From NCBI RefSeq assembly GCF_030028105.1, contig NC_092385.1, positions 44,131,433 to 44,195,432 on the forward strand: a stretch of DNA of 64,000 nt, in the 5' to 3' direction. The notes beneath the pieces were generated by a model. That model did no database searches. It saw only the letters and a program-made list of their open reading frames with translations, and was not told the origin of the DNA. A program made the translations under genes and the position numbers. Below are positions 1 to 13,269 of this stretch, in pieces. The stretch is from Mobula birostris. Lineage: Eukaryota. Numbering within the stretch: position 1 is the first letter of the stretch; each line of letters starts with the position of its first letter.

Positions 1-837
1 TCATGAAATCTCTCACATTGAACCTGTGGAAACAAATTATGTAACCTTTCCTAATTTATTTGCCCATTATGAAACAATGATTTTTCCTTATTCATAAGTT
101 GAAGGAATCTTACTGAGATATTTGTTACGAGAAATTAGTCAGAATTTATAATAAACCACACGAAGTTCAGGCCCCATTGTTGACTAAAGAGCAAACGTTA
201 ACTTCTCGATTTATAAAGAAAGGCTTTATTTCCCACAAGCAGATACTTATTTTCTATTAACCAAGATTTCTAACCAGCCTATGACTCACTGATAAAGGAG
301 TGGAAACAAGTCACCTTTGACCTTGAGAGACTACTACTGGAGAAAAAAAGAAATGCAAATTGAATTGTATTTTATAAAGTCTTGAGTGTGTGTTTGAGCC
401 ATGCCTCAAAGGGAAGGAAAACAACCAAAATAGGAATTTAAATTAAATCTGACCACTCTTACAATGGATCAAAATTTGGCCAATGTAGAGAAAATATTTG
501 TTTTTTTTTCCCCTATACCATACCTCATGCAAAACAGTTTAACTACAGAAATAGTTTGTGTTTTTGAAGTTCTCAGCTTTTGACCTAGACACATGGTTGA
601 AATCACAGAAAATGTCAAGGGTGTATCAACAATTAGATGATTACACTACCTGAAGCTATTGAGCTCAGTGCAGCAGTGTATTCAGTTAATTGAGAAACAA
701 GTTGGTACAGATACTTTCCGAAGATGACTAATGACACAATTTAAACTCAAAATTTCCCATAAAACACAAGATTAGAAAGGTTCTCAGATATTTGGGCTTG
801 ATGCCTATGTACCGGCACAGCATAAAACTTTCTAGAA

Positions 838-1082
838 TCAGTAGCGTAGCAGTTAGTGCTACACTAATACAGCTTGGTGCATTGGAGTTTGGAGCTCAAT
901 TCCAGAGCCATCTGTAAGGAGTTTGTACGTTCTCCGCGTGACCGTGTGGGTGTCCTCTGGGTTCCTCTCACAGTCCAAAGACCGTGCTAGTAGGTTCATT
1001 GGTCATTGAAAATTGTGATTAGGTTAGGGTTAAATCGGTGGGTTGTTGGACTTTGTGGCCCATTAGGCAAGGAGGGCATGTT
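838..1082 (+). mobile_element. V-SINE (HE1-like) tRNA-derived SINE, diverged
   Basis: tRNA-like head, V-domain-like core (GTTCCTCTCACAGTCCAAAGAC...TAGGTTCATTGGTCATTG), followed by a (GGAT)n stretch. Confidence 0.7.
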
Positions 1083-1344
1083 GACGGATGGATGGATGGA
1101 TAATTTATTTCTGAATTGATTTCAGAGCCCATTATGATGAGTCCTCTCAGGGTTCTGTTGGTAAGGCATTGTGTATCCTGATAATCAAACTTTGGGTCTC
1201 TTAAGATGCTGTGTTAAGAGAAATGTAGCATCAAGGGGAGGCTGTAGTCTGGAGAGTCTCAGGTATTACATTATTAAAGGTCTAAAGTAAAACTCAACAT
1301 GTCCCCACAGTCACTCCAAACCCTTCCTGCACTTAAGGACACTC

Positions 1345-1828
1345 ACATGCAGAGAAAATTTGCAAGGAATATACCAGGACTGAGAACCTAAGTTACTGGT
1401 TAAGGTAGAGTAGGTTAGGACTTTATTTCCTAGAGCATAGTAGAATGAGAGGAGATTTGATGGGTGTAGACAAAATTTTGAAGGGTATAGATAAGGTAAA
1501 TGCAAGCAGGTATTCCCACTGAATTTGGGTGAGACTATAACAACGAGGTCATAGGTTAAGGGTGAAGGATGAAATGTTTAAGGGAAACATGAGTGGGATC
1601 TTCTTCACTCAGAGGGTGGCCACAATGTGAGATAAGCTGCCAATGGAATTGATGGATGTGGGGTTAATTTCAACATTTTAGGGAAATTTGGGTAGGTACG
1701 TAGATGGGAGGGGTATGGAGGGCTATGATCCAGGTGCATGTCGATGAGACTAGACAGATTAATAGTTCAGCATTGACTAGATGGGCCAAAGGGCACATTT
1801 CTGTGCTATGGTGTTCTATGATTCTATG
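1345..1828 (+). mobile_element. CR1 LINE 3' fragment
   Basis: Degenerate ORF2 C-terminus (AGAATGAGAGGAGATTTGAT, about RMRGDL) and CR1 tail ending TTCTATGATTCTATG. Confidence 0.85.
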
Positions 1829-2632
1829 ACATTTTGACTGCAACCTGAATCAATGCACACAACTGGGTCCCACTGAGCTCTTGTTCAACTGGAAATGTTT
1901 CAGTGAAGCCTTATGTTGAAACATAGGCAGGGCTCCCTGTGCTCCATACACCCTCCAGGATGTATGAAGATGTTCAGCCTTATCACAACCCCCAGTCCCA
2001 AGCTTTCATGTACTTACAGCACCTACACAAGGTGGCTGGGTACAATCCAACCCAAGCTAAGCCTGAGAATCTATAGTGTGTTTTGATGCCTGACTTGGCC
2101 CCAGTATATATAATCTGTGCTATTGAGCTTATGTCAAGTTGGCAAACTTTAACATAACATGATTTTTAAATAAAGCATGGCTTTAAATGGTAAAATTGCT
2201 GCATAATACAGTACTGAAACGTGCATTACAAATTGAATAGATTTAAATAAATCCGCATTAAGTGATTTTTTTCTTAGCCGTGGCACCTGTCAAATCACAA
2301 TAATCTTGGGTGAATAACTCTAAGAGACTCTAAAGAACAGTTTCTCACCAATGACTCCTGGATGGAAGGACTTCTAAAAAGGCTCAAAAGATCCACATCA
2401 AACATCTTGTCAATAATCACTCTACACACACACAAAGTATTATTTGCTATAGAGCATCAAGAATGCTTGCTGCTTAAGAGTCATTGCAAGCATAAGTTGG
2501 CATCTTCAAAACAAGAGGGAGGAAGATAAAGATATAAATGCATGAAAAAGAACCATATGATTCAAAACTGGGGAAGTTTGAGGCATGCAATCCAAAGTTA
2601 TTTCACAATTCTAAATTCCAAGTAGATAGATC

Positions 2633-5535
2633 ATAAGGACAATAGACAATAGGTGCAGGAGTAGGCCATTCGGCCCTTCAAGCCAGCACCGCCATTCACT
2701 GTGATCATGGCTGATCATCCACAATCAATATCCAGTTCCTGCCTTATCCCCATAACCTTTGATTCCGCTATCTTTAAGAGCTCTATCCATCTCTTTTTTG
2801 AAAGCATCCACAGACTTGGCCTACACGGCCTTCTGGGGCAGAACATTCCATATATCCACCACTCTCTGGGTGAAAAAGTTTTTCCTCAGCTCCGTTCTAA
2901 ATGGTCTACGCCTTATTCTTAAACTGTGGCCTCTGATTCTGGACTCACCCATCAGCAGGAACGCGTTTCCTGCCTGCAGCGTGTCCAATCCCTTAATAAT
3001 CTTATATGTTTCAATAAGATCCCCTCTCAGCCTTCTAAATTCCAGAGCATATAAGCCCAGTCACTCCAATCTTTCAACATATGACAGTCCCGCCATCCCA
3101 GGAATTAACCTTGTGAACCTATGCTGCACTCCCTCAATAGCAAGAATGTCCTTTCTCAAATTTGAAGACCAAAACTGCACAGACTACTCCAGGTATGGAG
3201 TCACCAGGGCCCTGTACAAGTGCAGAAGGACCTCTTTGCTCTTATACTCAATTCCCCTTGTTATGAAGGCCAGCATGCCATTAGCTTTCTTCACTGCCTG
3301 CTATACTTGCATGCTTGCTTTCAGTGGCTGATGTACAAGAACACCTAGATCTCGTCGTACTTCCCCTTTTCCTAACTTGACTCCATTTAGATAATAATCT
3401 GCCTTCCTGTTCTTACCACCAAAGTGGATAACCTCACATTTATCCACATTAAACTGCATCTGCCATGCATCTGCCCACTCACCCAGCCTGTCCACGTCAC
3501 CCTGCATTCTCATAACATCCTCCTCACATTTCACACTGCCACCCAGCTTTGTGTCATCGGCAAATTTGCTAATGTTACTTTTAATTCCCTCATCTAAATC
3601 ATTAATATATATTGTAAACAGCTGTGGTCCCAGCACTGAACCCCGTGGTCCCCACTGGTCACCACCTGCCATTCCGAAAGCGACCCGTTAATCGCTACTC
3701 TTTGTTTTCTGTCAGCCAGCCAATTTTCAATCCATGTCAGTACTCTGCCCTCTATACCATGTGCCCTAATTTTGCCCACTAATCTCCTATGTGGGACTTT
3801 ATCAAAGGCTTTCTGAAAGTCCAGGTACACTACATCCATTGGCTCTCCCTTGTCCATTTTCATAGTTACATCCTCAAAAAATTCCAGAAGATTAGACAAG
3901 CATGATTTCCCCTTCATAAATCCATGCTGACTCGGACCGATCCTGTTACTGCTATCTAGATGTGTCGTAATTTCATCTTTTATAATTGACTCCAGCATCT
4001 TTCCCACCACCGACGTCAGGCTAACTGGTCTATAATTCCCTGTTTTCTCTCTTCTTCCCTTCTTGAAGAGAGGGACAACATTAGCCACCCTCCAATCCAC
4101 AGGAACTGATCCTGAATCAATAGAGCATTGGAAAATGATTACCAATGCATCCACGATTTCTAAAGCCTCCTCCTTAAGTACCCTGGGATGTAGACAATCA
4201 GGTCCCGGGGACTTATCAGCCTTCAGACCCAACAGTCTATCCAACACCATTTCCTGCCTAATATAAATTTCCTTCAATTCATCCATTACCCTAGGTCCTT
4301 TGGCCACTATTATATCTGGGAGGTTGTTTGTGTCTTCCCTAGTGAAGACAGATCCAAAGTACCTGTTCAACTCGTCTGCCATTTCCTTGTTCCCCATGAT
4401 AAATTCACCTGTTTCTGTCTTCAAGGGCCCAATTTTGGTCTTAACTATTTTTTTCCTTTTCACATACCTAAAGAAGCTTTTACTATCCTCCTTTATATTC
4501 TTGGCTAGTTTACCTTCGTACCTCATTTTTTCTCCGCATATTGCCTTTTTAGTTACCTTCTGTTGCTCTTTAAAAGTTTCCCAATCCTCCGGCTTCCCAC
4601 TCACCTTTGCTATGTTATACTTCTTCCCTTTTATTTTTATACTGTCCATTACTTCTAATGAAGTAAGGGGAGGCCATCCCTCGTCAGCCACAGCCTCCCC
4701 TTACTCCCCTTAGGATCTTTCTTCCTCTTTGGAATGAACTGATACTGCACCTTCTGCATTATTCCCAGAAACACTTGCCATTGCTGTTCCACTGTCATCC
4801 CTGCTAGGGAATTGTTCCATTGAACTTTGGCCAGCTCCTCCCTCATAGCACCATAGTTCCCTTTGTTCAACTGTAATACTGACACTTCCCAGTTTCCCTT
4901 CTCCCTCTCAAATTGTAGATTAAAACTTATCATATTATGGTTACTACCTCCTAATGGCTCCTTTACCTTGAGGTCCCTGATCAAATCCGGTTCATTGCAC
5001 AACACTAAATCTAGAATTGCGTTCTCTCTGGTAGGCTCCAGTACAAGCTGTTCTAAGAATCTATCTCGGAGGGACTCCACAAACTCCCTTTCTTGGGGTC
5101 CAGTACCAACCTGATTCCTCCAGTCTTACCTGCATGTTGAAATCCCCCATAACAACTGTAGCATTACCTTTGCGACATGCCAATTTTAACTCTTGATTCA
5201 ACTTACACCCTACATCCAGACTACTGTTTGGGGGCCTGTAGATAACTCCCATTATGGTCTTTCTACCCTTAGAATTTCTCAGTTCTATCCATACTGACTC
5301 TATGTCTCCTGATTCTATGCCCCCCCCTTGCAAGGGACTGAATATCATTTTTCACCAACAGAGCCACATCACCCCCTCTGCCCATCAGTCTGTCCTTTCA
5401 ATAGGATGTATACTCTTGAATATTCATTTCCCAGGCCCTGACCACTTGAAGCTATGCCTCTGTTATCCCACAACATCACACTTACCAATTTCCAACTGTG
5501 CCTCAAGCTCATCCACTTTATTTCTTATACTTTGG
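2633..5535 (-). mobile_element. CR1 LINE with near-complete but frameshifted ORF2 and 3' UTR
   Basis: APE motifs GVIYRPP, MGDFN and ILDLVL; RT motifs KSPGPD, NYRPVSLTSVVGK, YLDFQKAFDKV, GSVLGP and KFADDTK across ORFs 5061-5348, 4655-5080, 3594-4691, 3301-3672; short-repeat tail near 2633-2652. Confidence 0.95.
2760..5348 (-). pseudogene. CR1 ORF2 (APE endonuclease + reverse transcriptase), broken by several frameshifts
   Basis: Consecutive minus-strand ORFs carry the EN and RT motifs in the correct order. Confidence 0.9.
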
Positions 5536-7446
5536 TATAGGTAAAGGAGAGCAAGTTATTCAGAAGGAAAACAATTTTCCAGATTTAAAAGATTGATCAT
5601 TGAGACTAACACATACTGTGCAATTTTAAAACTTCAATCAAAAATTTTTTAAATTTATTACTTTCTTACTTCTCCACGAAACACATTTTAAATACACACA
5701 TTTGTATATACATGGACATACATGGTAAATTTCTAATTGGTGAACAAGTGGCTATCACGTCTTTTTTTGCTTGTTTCACTTTTGATCACAACACAGGGAA
5801 AAGTGTTGCTGAGAAATAGGAAATCAGCTGTAATGCAGGTTATAGCATATCTGTGCTTTTATTTGATTTTTAAATCAAAATGAATGTTAAAACAGCAGGC
5901 AGAATTCTGAGTCTAAAGATTATGGAGCAGGCAAGATTGATTGATGAGCATGCATAGAAACAGTGGGGATGACTACTTGAACCACAAGATTTGCAACAAT
6001 TAAATGTAGTCACCACAAAGAGTGACTTCAAAGCTCAACAGCTGATGCTTGCTATATACTTGGAATTTTGGTACTTTTGCTACTAAATAAAGGAATTTGT
6101 AAGCCAAACAGGAACACACAGAGATCCCAAGAGGAGTATGGCAAATTGATGTAACATTTCCTTTGTTCCTTTGTTGCAAGTTTGCAAAATCCAATCTCAA
6201 AAGCACAAGAAACCTTCAGGACAGCAAATACTTACGTTCACCCTCCCCAAAAGTAAGCAACTATAATGGAACTGCTATACTTGCTCATGCTCTGACAAGT
6301 CAGTGCAAAGTTGCGACACTTTAGTCAAGTCACGTAACCTAGCTACAGAAGCATAAATAAAATTGATCAACTCACTGAACAAGATCTTCAACAAAGTTTG
6401 CACAATGGGAATAAATGAACAAAAAGAAACAGCATCAGAGGGTTGTTGCTACCCTATACAGTTGAAGACAATATCCCTGGCCCTATTTTTTTAAATATAT
6501 TTTTGACAAATGTAAACATTATGTACAAGTACTTAAAATGTTCCAAGACTGCTTTGGTTTAGGTACATTATTACAGTATGGGGAAGGGAATCCAATTAAT
6601 GCTCTTGCATGACCAGTTAATTTATTATCTACTAATTAATCCCTTAATTGAGTAACTGTAACTGGATTCTGTTCTACTCCTCATGCATATTTATTACATA
6701 TTAGGCACTCTATGAATATGAAATATATTAGGACAACTATATTTGATAGCTACAAGGATGGACATACACCATATGACAAAGCTCAGTTCACCCTTTTGTT
6801 ACTTCAACCATTCACAGCTCTTCATTCAGTTCCATCCGCTTCAAAGTTGCTGCGCCTCCCCGAAAGTTGTGAAGTGATGCTAATCCGGCATACTGACCTA
6901 TTTTCCTGACACCCACGAAAAATGTGAAATGATTCAGATTGCTTAATCTTCATGTGTCATTAATTCAAAACTACAATGCTATGATTGATAAAAAAATGTG
7001 CTCTTTTGTTCTCTTCCTGTTGCACATTTTAACCATGTCAAATTGTATTTTGCTGAGGCAATCCTCATTTGATGAACAGGTTATTTAAAACCAGCATGCA
7101 TAAATAATATGTAATAATATCTAAACAACCATACACATCAGCTTCTCTCTCTGAACATTTCTAACACAGCACCGGATAGAATTTTTAACATTACAGTTTA
7201 CAGAATGAAGTTCACAATAAGCCTTTGTTTTCTGTATTTGCACAATGATACACCAATTACTCATTCAAGATCCAATATTATTAATTATCTTATGCATAAA
7301 TTTTATACAAAAACTGCTGTATCTGGAAAGTAAAACTTAAACATTGTCACGTTTTAAATTTGTACTTTATATTAGGTTGTACAAATATCACTAGTACTCT
7401 AAAATGTAAGGGACATACAGAAATGCCTCACAGTGTCCCTCCCCTT

Positions 7447-7572
7447 TCAACTCCAACTCATCTTTTTTTTCCAGTCCTGCTGAAGGGCCTCAGCCCGAAG
7501 CGTCAACTGTTTATTCTTTTCCATAGATGCTGCCTGGCCTGTTGAATTCCTCCGGCACTTTGTCTGTATTGT
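7447..7572 (+). mobile_element. Short Penelope-like pLTR 3' fragment
   Basis: HHR motif followed by the AGATGCTGCCTGGCCTG...TTCCTCC tail shared with the larger PLE copies in this window. Confidence 0.75.
7472..7509 (+). ncRNA. Degenerate minimal hammerhead ribozyme motif
   Basis: CAGTC-CTGCTGA-A-GGGC(CTCA)GCCC-GAAG-C-GTC-AACTG; core substitutions. Confidence 0.6.
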
Positions 7573-8405
7573 CATGGTGTCAAATTTTGTTTTACTGATA
7601 TGTTGCCTAAAACATCTCTGGTCAAAATTGTGCTTCACCTAGATCGTTCAACATTATTTAAGCTGTCTAAGTCAATGCAAAGGTCCATGTTGATTAATGT
7701 TTAGCCCGTACAGTATAATGAATGGTTCAACGTCTCTAATCCATTCTCAGCATCAGCGTATCGAGTTCTGAAAGGAGCTATTGTCTATTAAACTTCTTTT
7801 TGGCACTGCAGGTGGACAAAAAGGAAAGTGCATATTTTTAACTTGACCTACACTAATCCACAAATTCTAGTAGCACCATAGCATGGGTGTTGCAAATACA
7901 TGTGGGATATAAATGAGTAAGGAATTAGTATCAATCCTTATACTAAATTGATTCTAGGCTAGTGTTAAAGAAACAAGCCACATCATCCTATTTACAGAGT
8001 GCTATACATGAAGTTAAGAGGCTCTCTGCTCAAGGAGAAACAGGTTCTTCCTTTCTCTTTAGGTGCAGAGCAGCACTGAACAATAGCTGCACAAATCTAT
8101 TTGCAATGGAAGATAAGAGTATTCCCTTTATACATCTGAAGAGTACAATGCAATGAAGTGGATTGGATAGCTTGGCGTATATGTTGGAAATCCAATATAT
8201 TTCTGGTGCAGAACTGATATGGTGTCTGAAAGCAATCAATTGAACTGATTTGCATTCAGACATGTTCCATCCCAGATCAAGTTATTCTGTTTGAATGCAC
8301 AAGCACGTGCAACTAACATGACTTCATGGCTTCAGAAGTATACAAATCCACTTATTGACAAATATTCTTTCAGGAAAAACTCTGCTGGCTTGTGCGTGAT
8401 AAAAC

Positions 8406-8483
8406 ACAAGTCTGCTCTTTCAGACAACAAAATCACGCATTGCAACAAGTCTGCTCTTTCAGACAACAAAATCACGCATTGCA
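8406..8483. repeat. Perfect 39-bp tandem duplication
   Basis: ACAAGTCTGCTCTTTCAGACAACAAAATCACGCATTGCA twice. Confidence 0.95.
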
Positions 8484-10329
8484 ATTGTTTTTATTAATAC
8501 AAAACAAAATACATATACGTGAATAGTGAACTCAAGTCATTCTGTTAGTAGATATGAACATCACTGAGACTGTTCTTATATAAACACATCAAAATAGACC
8601 ATCATTTCCACAGTCCGAGTCGTAACTTGACAGTTCAGATCATTCTCCTTTGGGGAACATTCTTACCTTATTCCTTTAATAAATGTCATAAGTATACTGA
8701 GTGGCCCACTCTAGATTACTCAGTGGAGTCTTGCTCTCATGTATGGACAATCTAATTATGGTAGAAATAATTTACCTAGTGTACAGCAATCATATATTTA
8801 AGCACTGTTGTAATCGATTGGGCACCTTATCCACAGAGTGGGACATGCTGTTCTAATTGAAAGGCTCTTGTTTTGAGGAGCACGCCTGATCTGACAGACC
8901 AATTCAAAATCCCAAAACTTTCAACCCAGTGCTAATTGATTGACTGTTTATTCTCCAAACAGGACTTTCAATTTCCTGACTGCCAATCCTTTGACTCTAC
9001 CAACTTCTTACCAACAAACTGTTTATCACCACATTGTAACTCCCTATTCTAAAAGACCAAATTCTTTCTCAATCTCAGTCCAAATTGATGAAAATCTAAT
9101 CCCAAAACTGTGAATAGCAGCTCTAACTAACCTAGTCCCTAATCCCTGGACTGTAACTCTTAATTCGCAATGACTGAATCCTAATCCCTGAACTATTACT
9201 GATGTACTAAGTAAAGACAAACATTTACCCTAATTGGACCCCATATATATATAATTTAGAGGTGGTCACCCAGTCCTAACTGACTGGTTGCATATTCCAA
9301 ACTAAAGTACATCCCATGCATGTTTAGTATAGATAAACCTGAATCCTATCAGTCACAAAGAAACTATCTTCCAGTGAAACAAGATCTGTGTAAACTAAAG
9401 TGACATTAAGCAAGCTAAAACTGCGTGCCCTGCTATTAAAGTTGAGAGGTGATTAGATCAAGGAATTTTAAAGGATAGCTAGGAATACCAATAGAGAGAG
9501 CGAGAAAAACTATTTCTATTGTTTGTGGAGTTAGGGATTTAAAAACATAGACAAAAAAGCTAGGCTCTTCAGAAATGAAATAATAAACAGGCAAAACACA
9601 ATAGAAACTGAGCTTTCTCCTGTATGAACAGCTAAAGGAAGGTTAAAAGGCAGGCCATTTAAGCACTAAAACTTTATAATGTGAATCATGCAGCATGTGA
9701 ATGATGCTCTTTTTTGCAGTTCTGGCCTATTTATGTGATGTAGAACTGAAATACTGTCTGAAAAGAACCTATGAAAGGACTGAAAAATTGTTGAAGTAGA
9801 GAAATAATTAATTGATAAAAATGATAAAAATGTATTATCATTTTCATTAACCAAAGATTTTAGGGGAAAGATGACAAAGGACTGTTATATATCAGCCACA
9901 ATCTTGTTGAGTAGCTAAAGAAGCTAAAGATCCTGTTCCTATGTGCTAAGTAAATATCTCCTTGCACCATAATCCGTTTTTTGTCTACTGTATCTTTGAT
10001 GCACAACATAATAAATTGCCTGCAGCACTGGCCACAGTCCTTTCAAAGATACAACTCTTTCTTTTATTTGCCAGTTGGCAACAGAATCGTGAGAGACTTT
10101 TAGCTTGGGGAAATTTGCTTTTCTGGGTAATCTGGTAATCAAAACATGAAACATTTTGTGACAATAGGCATGTTAAAGCATGAATAATAATTTTGGGAGA
10201 ACATACCCTGGTAATGTTGACAAAGAAATATAAATACAAAGCAATTATCAAAATACTGCGACAGCAGGGATTTGGATGTCAATAAATAAGCAATCCAACT
10301 CAATTGTGAATGACAAGTTGATTAACCAA

Positions 10330-10725
10330 AATCAAATTTATCACTCTCTTACGTGACATGAAATACATTGTTTTGTGGAAGCCGTACAGTGCAAAGACAG
10401 AAAATTACTATAAATTACAAAATCAACCAGATTAAAAAAGGAATAATGAGGTGGTATTCATGGGATTATGGACCATTCAAAAATCTGATGACAGAAGGGA
10501 GGAAGCTGTTTCTAAATCAGTGAGTATATGTCTTCCGGCACATGTACCTCCTCCGTAATGGAAGTAACAAGAAGAGGGCGTGTCCCAGAATGTGAGTGTT
10601 TTTAATGATGGATGTCACCTTCTTGAGGCACTGCCTCTCGCAGATGTCCTCAATGGTGAGAAAGGTTGTGCCTGTTATGGTGTTTGTTGGTTGTGTCTAC
10701 AGTCCACTGCAGCCTCTTGCAGAGC
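10330..10725 (-). mobile_element. Rex1/Babar-like LINE 3' fragment
   Basis: Reverse complement resembles the C-terminal IIK..H.GHALF.LLP.RRY motif of the other Rex1-like copies, plus an AT-rich tail. Confidence 0.75.
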
Positions 10726-11199
10726 TTAAGAGTAGAGATGGAAATATATTCCTGTGCAATTGAAAACAGGAGAAGCTAAAAGCGTGTTCATAAAATCAGA
10801 TTCATCACTGAATCACCGTTCTCTTAAAAGTGTGTACCTAGCATAGAATCATACGCATATAAAATGAAAACAATACAAATATAATTAAAGGTAAAGGCTG
10901 CAGATCATTTCTTTTTCATTGGTTTCAGCTATAGAACGTAAATGTCAATTTTTCATTTGATCTTTTTCTCTTCACCCCATAGCATGTTGTATATTACTAA
11001 TTTGCCTTGAAATAACACAAAAATTTTACAGTTTTGTTGTTCACACGAGGCTTGAGAAAAATGTTTTCTGGGTCAGATTGCATCAGAGATCACTCCAAGA
11101 TAAACATCACCCTGGTATTCCCAAACAAAATCCATCTGAATGTAGGACATCATCTTTCATTAGGAAATCACTCCATTGGGAATGTTCTATGTGAATCCA

Positions 11200-11655
11200 C
11201 CCCCCCCCCCCTTAGCAACAGGGGCACTGAGGAGCTGATCAGTAGGCATATGTTGGAAAGGTTAAAAAATAACAGGGTTGTTGTCATGGGTGACTTCAAC
11301 TTCCCAAATATTGATTGGAATTTTTTTAGTGCAAGGGGATTAGATTGTGGGGCAGAATTTCTTAGATGTGTCCAGGAAGGATCTCTGACACAATATGTAG
11401 AGAGGCCAACCAGATGAGAGGCCATAGTGGATCTAGTACAAGACATGAACCTGGTCAGAAGACAGATGTCCCTGAGAATAAACATTTCAGAGATGGCCAC
11501 CACATCTCCTTGACCTTTACAATAGCCTAGGGCAGCGATTGGAGCAGACAGTATGGAAAAGCATTTGATTGGGGGAGAGCTAATTATGATAATTTTAGGC
11601 AGGAATTTAGGAGAATAAATTGGGAACAAATATTCTTGGAAAATGCATAGACTGG
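11200..11655 (+). mobile_element. CR1 endonuclease-domain fragment
   Basis: ORF 11034-11417 contains RVVVMGDFNFPNIDW...LTQYVERPTR. Confidence 0.85.
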
Positions 11656-11958
11656 AGATTGCTCTGTTGTCTCAACTCAGACGTTTTCTTGCACCATCAT
11701 TGCAGCCATGGAAGGTCTTTGAGGTTTGATAGCCTCCCTCCCCAGTTAAGAGCGGGGTGTTGATATGGAATTTCAAGTTCTATAAAGTCAATCCAACAGC
11801 AATCACATGGGTAAAATTTTGACCAATTTTGTCATTGTCTTGACAGATATCATTGCATTTTATGCACCTTCGAAGAGTGAAAGACAGATTCTGGGCAACG
11901 ATGATCTTATTATCCAAGCAGCATAACATCTTTAACTACAACAACTTCATCATACATA

Positions 11959-12289
11959 TGAGGGGCGATTGATAAGTTTGTGGCCTAAGGTAGAAGGAGA
12001 TGAGTTATACAGCTTTTGTTACATGCACGTGCAGTTCACGTCTTTGAGTGAAAATGCAGAAAGTTTGAAGTTAATAACTCATCTCCTTCTACCTTAGGCC
12101 ACAAACTTATCAATCACCCCTGCTGTGGACCACTCCTGGAGGTCCAAGACACCAACTTCTACAAAGAAGGGATCCGTATGCTCCATGACCACTGGACTAA
12201 GTGTGTAAATGTAGGAAAAATAAATGTGCCTAGGTTTTCTAAGATTGACTCCTTCTACCTTAGGCCACGAACTTATCAATCACCCCTCG
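11959..12289 (+). mobile_element. Mariner-derived MITE with an extra internal TIR copy
   Basis: TA TSDs at 11957-58 and 12290-91; about 40-bp TIRs (GAGGGG.GATTGATAAGTT.GTGGCCTAAGGTAGAAGGAG); remnant FYKEGIRMLHDHWTKCVNVG matches a mariner transposase C-terminus. Confidence 0.9.
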
Positions 12290-13269
12290 TAGCAATTTTA
12301 ACACAGCAAAATGCTGCAAGATATCCCACCAGGTATTGCATAAAAAAAATTGAGACATCAAGAAATATTAAAGGTGGATCAAAAGCAGGGTCAAAATGGT
12401 AATTGTGAAGAATGCCATTTAAAAACAAAGCCGGGGATGAAGAGATTGCTAAAGTTTCATGGCTTCCTATCTTATTGGTGTAGAGATCAAGAGGCCAGGT
12501 TGGGGTTATGAAGATTGTAGAACCATATGAAAGTTAGAGAGGAGCAAGGCCATTGAGATATTTGACAGTTAATACAAGAAAAAAAATAAACACTGCACTA
12601 TTGCTTAACTGAAGTTAATTTAGGTCAAGCAGACAGAGAGTTGAATGAAAGGATTTAAGATGTTATCATACTGGCAACAGTTAACTTTGTGAAAATTAAC
12701 AGGCAGATTGCACTGAGGTATTCCAGTATGTTCTTTTGGCATATAATGCATTGATATCATTGATCATCAACTAATTATCATGCATAGCCACTCTGGATAA
12801 TTATGTTATATAATCCACTTGGAATAAAGCAGCAACTGTAGCAGAGCTCTCTGCAATACCCCACACAGCAACACCACCCATGAACAGCTGCCCTTCATTG
12901 TCACTGGATCCATTGGGGAACATGGACAAATGTCATGATTTCTTAGGAAAGCTTGAATGAACAGTGTTCAACTGAAAAATTTTAGATGTATAATCACAGA
13001 AGGACTACTTCATAAAGAGAGTTACAAATTCACTCCCCAAGCTCAAGGAGAGTAACGTTGCTAAGGTGTTAAACGCTGTGGGAATGGAGCCAAATCATTT
13101 GGTAAGTTGATTTCTGTGAGGTCTGATTAATCAAGCTTCACCCAAACAAATCAATAAGTGGCTTGGAATATTTAATGATCTTTACTCTTACATATATTCT
13201 TTTTTCTATCAGAGGAGAGCTTAAAGTTCTATCAATTTACTGTATGGCTAGGAGCACTTTTTTGAATTG

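Noticed and set aside
2759-3331. 190-aa plus-strand ORF and similar ORFs (4300-4713, 61116-61511)
   Set aside because: Antisense shadows of CR1 ORF2 with no independent coding signal
8406-8483. CRISPR-like direct repeat
   Set aside because: Two adjacent units with no spacer, in a eukaryotic context
8900-9240. Loose CCTAATCCC-containing repeats (also loose repeats at about 24600-24730)
   Set aside because: Too degenerate to define a unit; not a telomeric array or CRISPR
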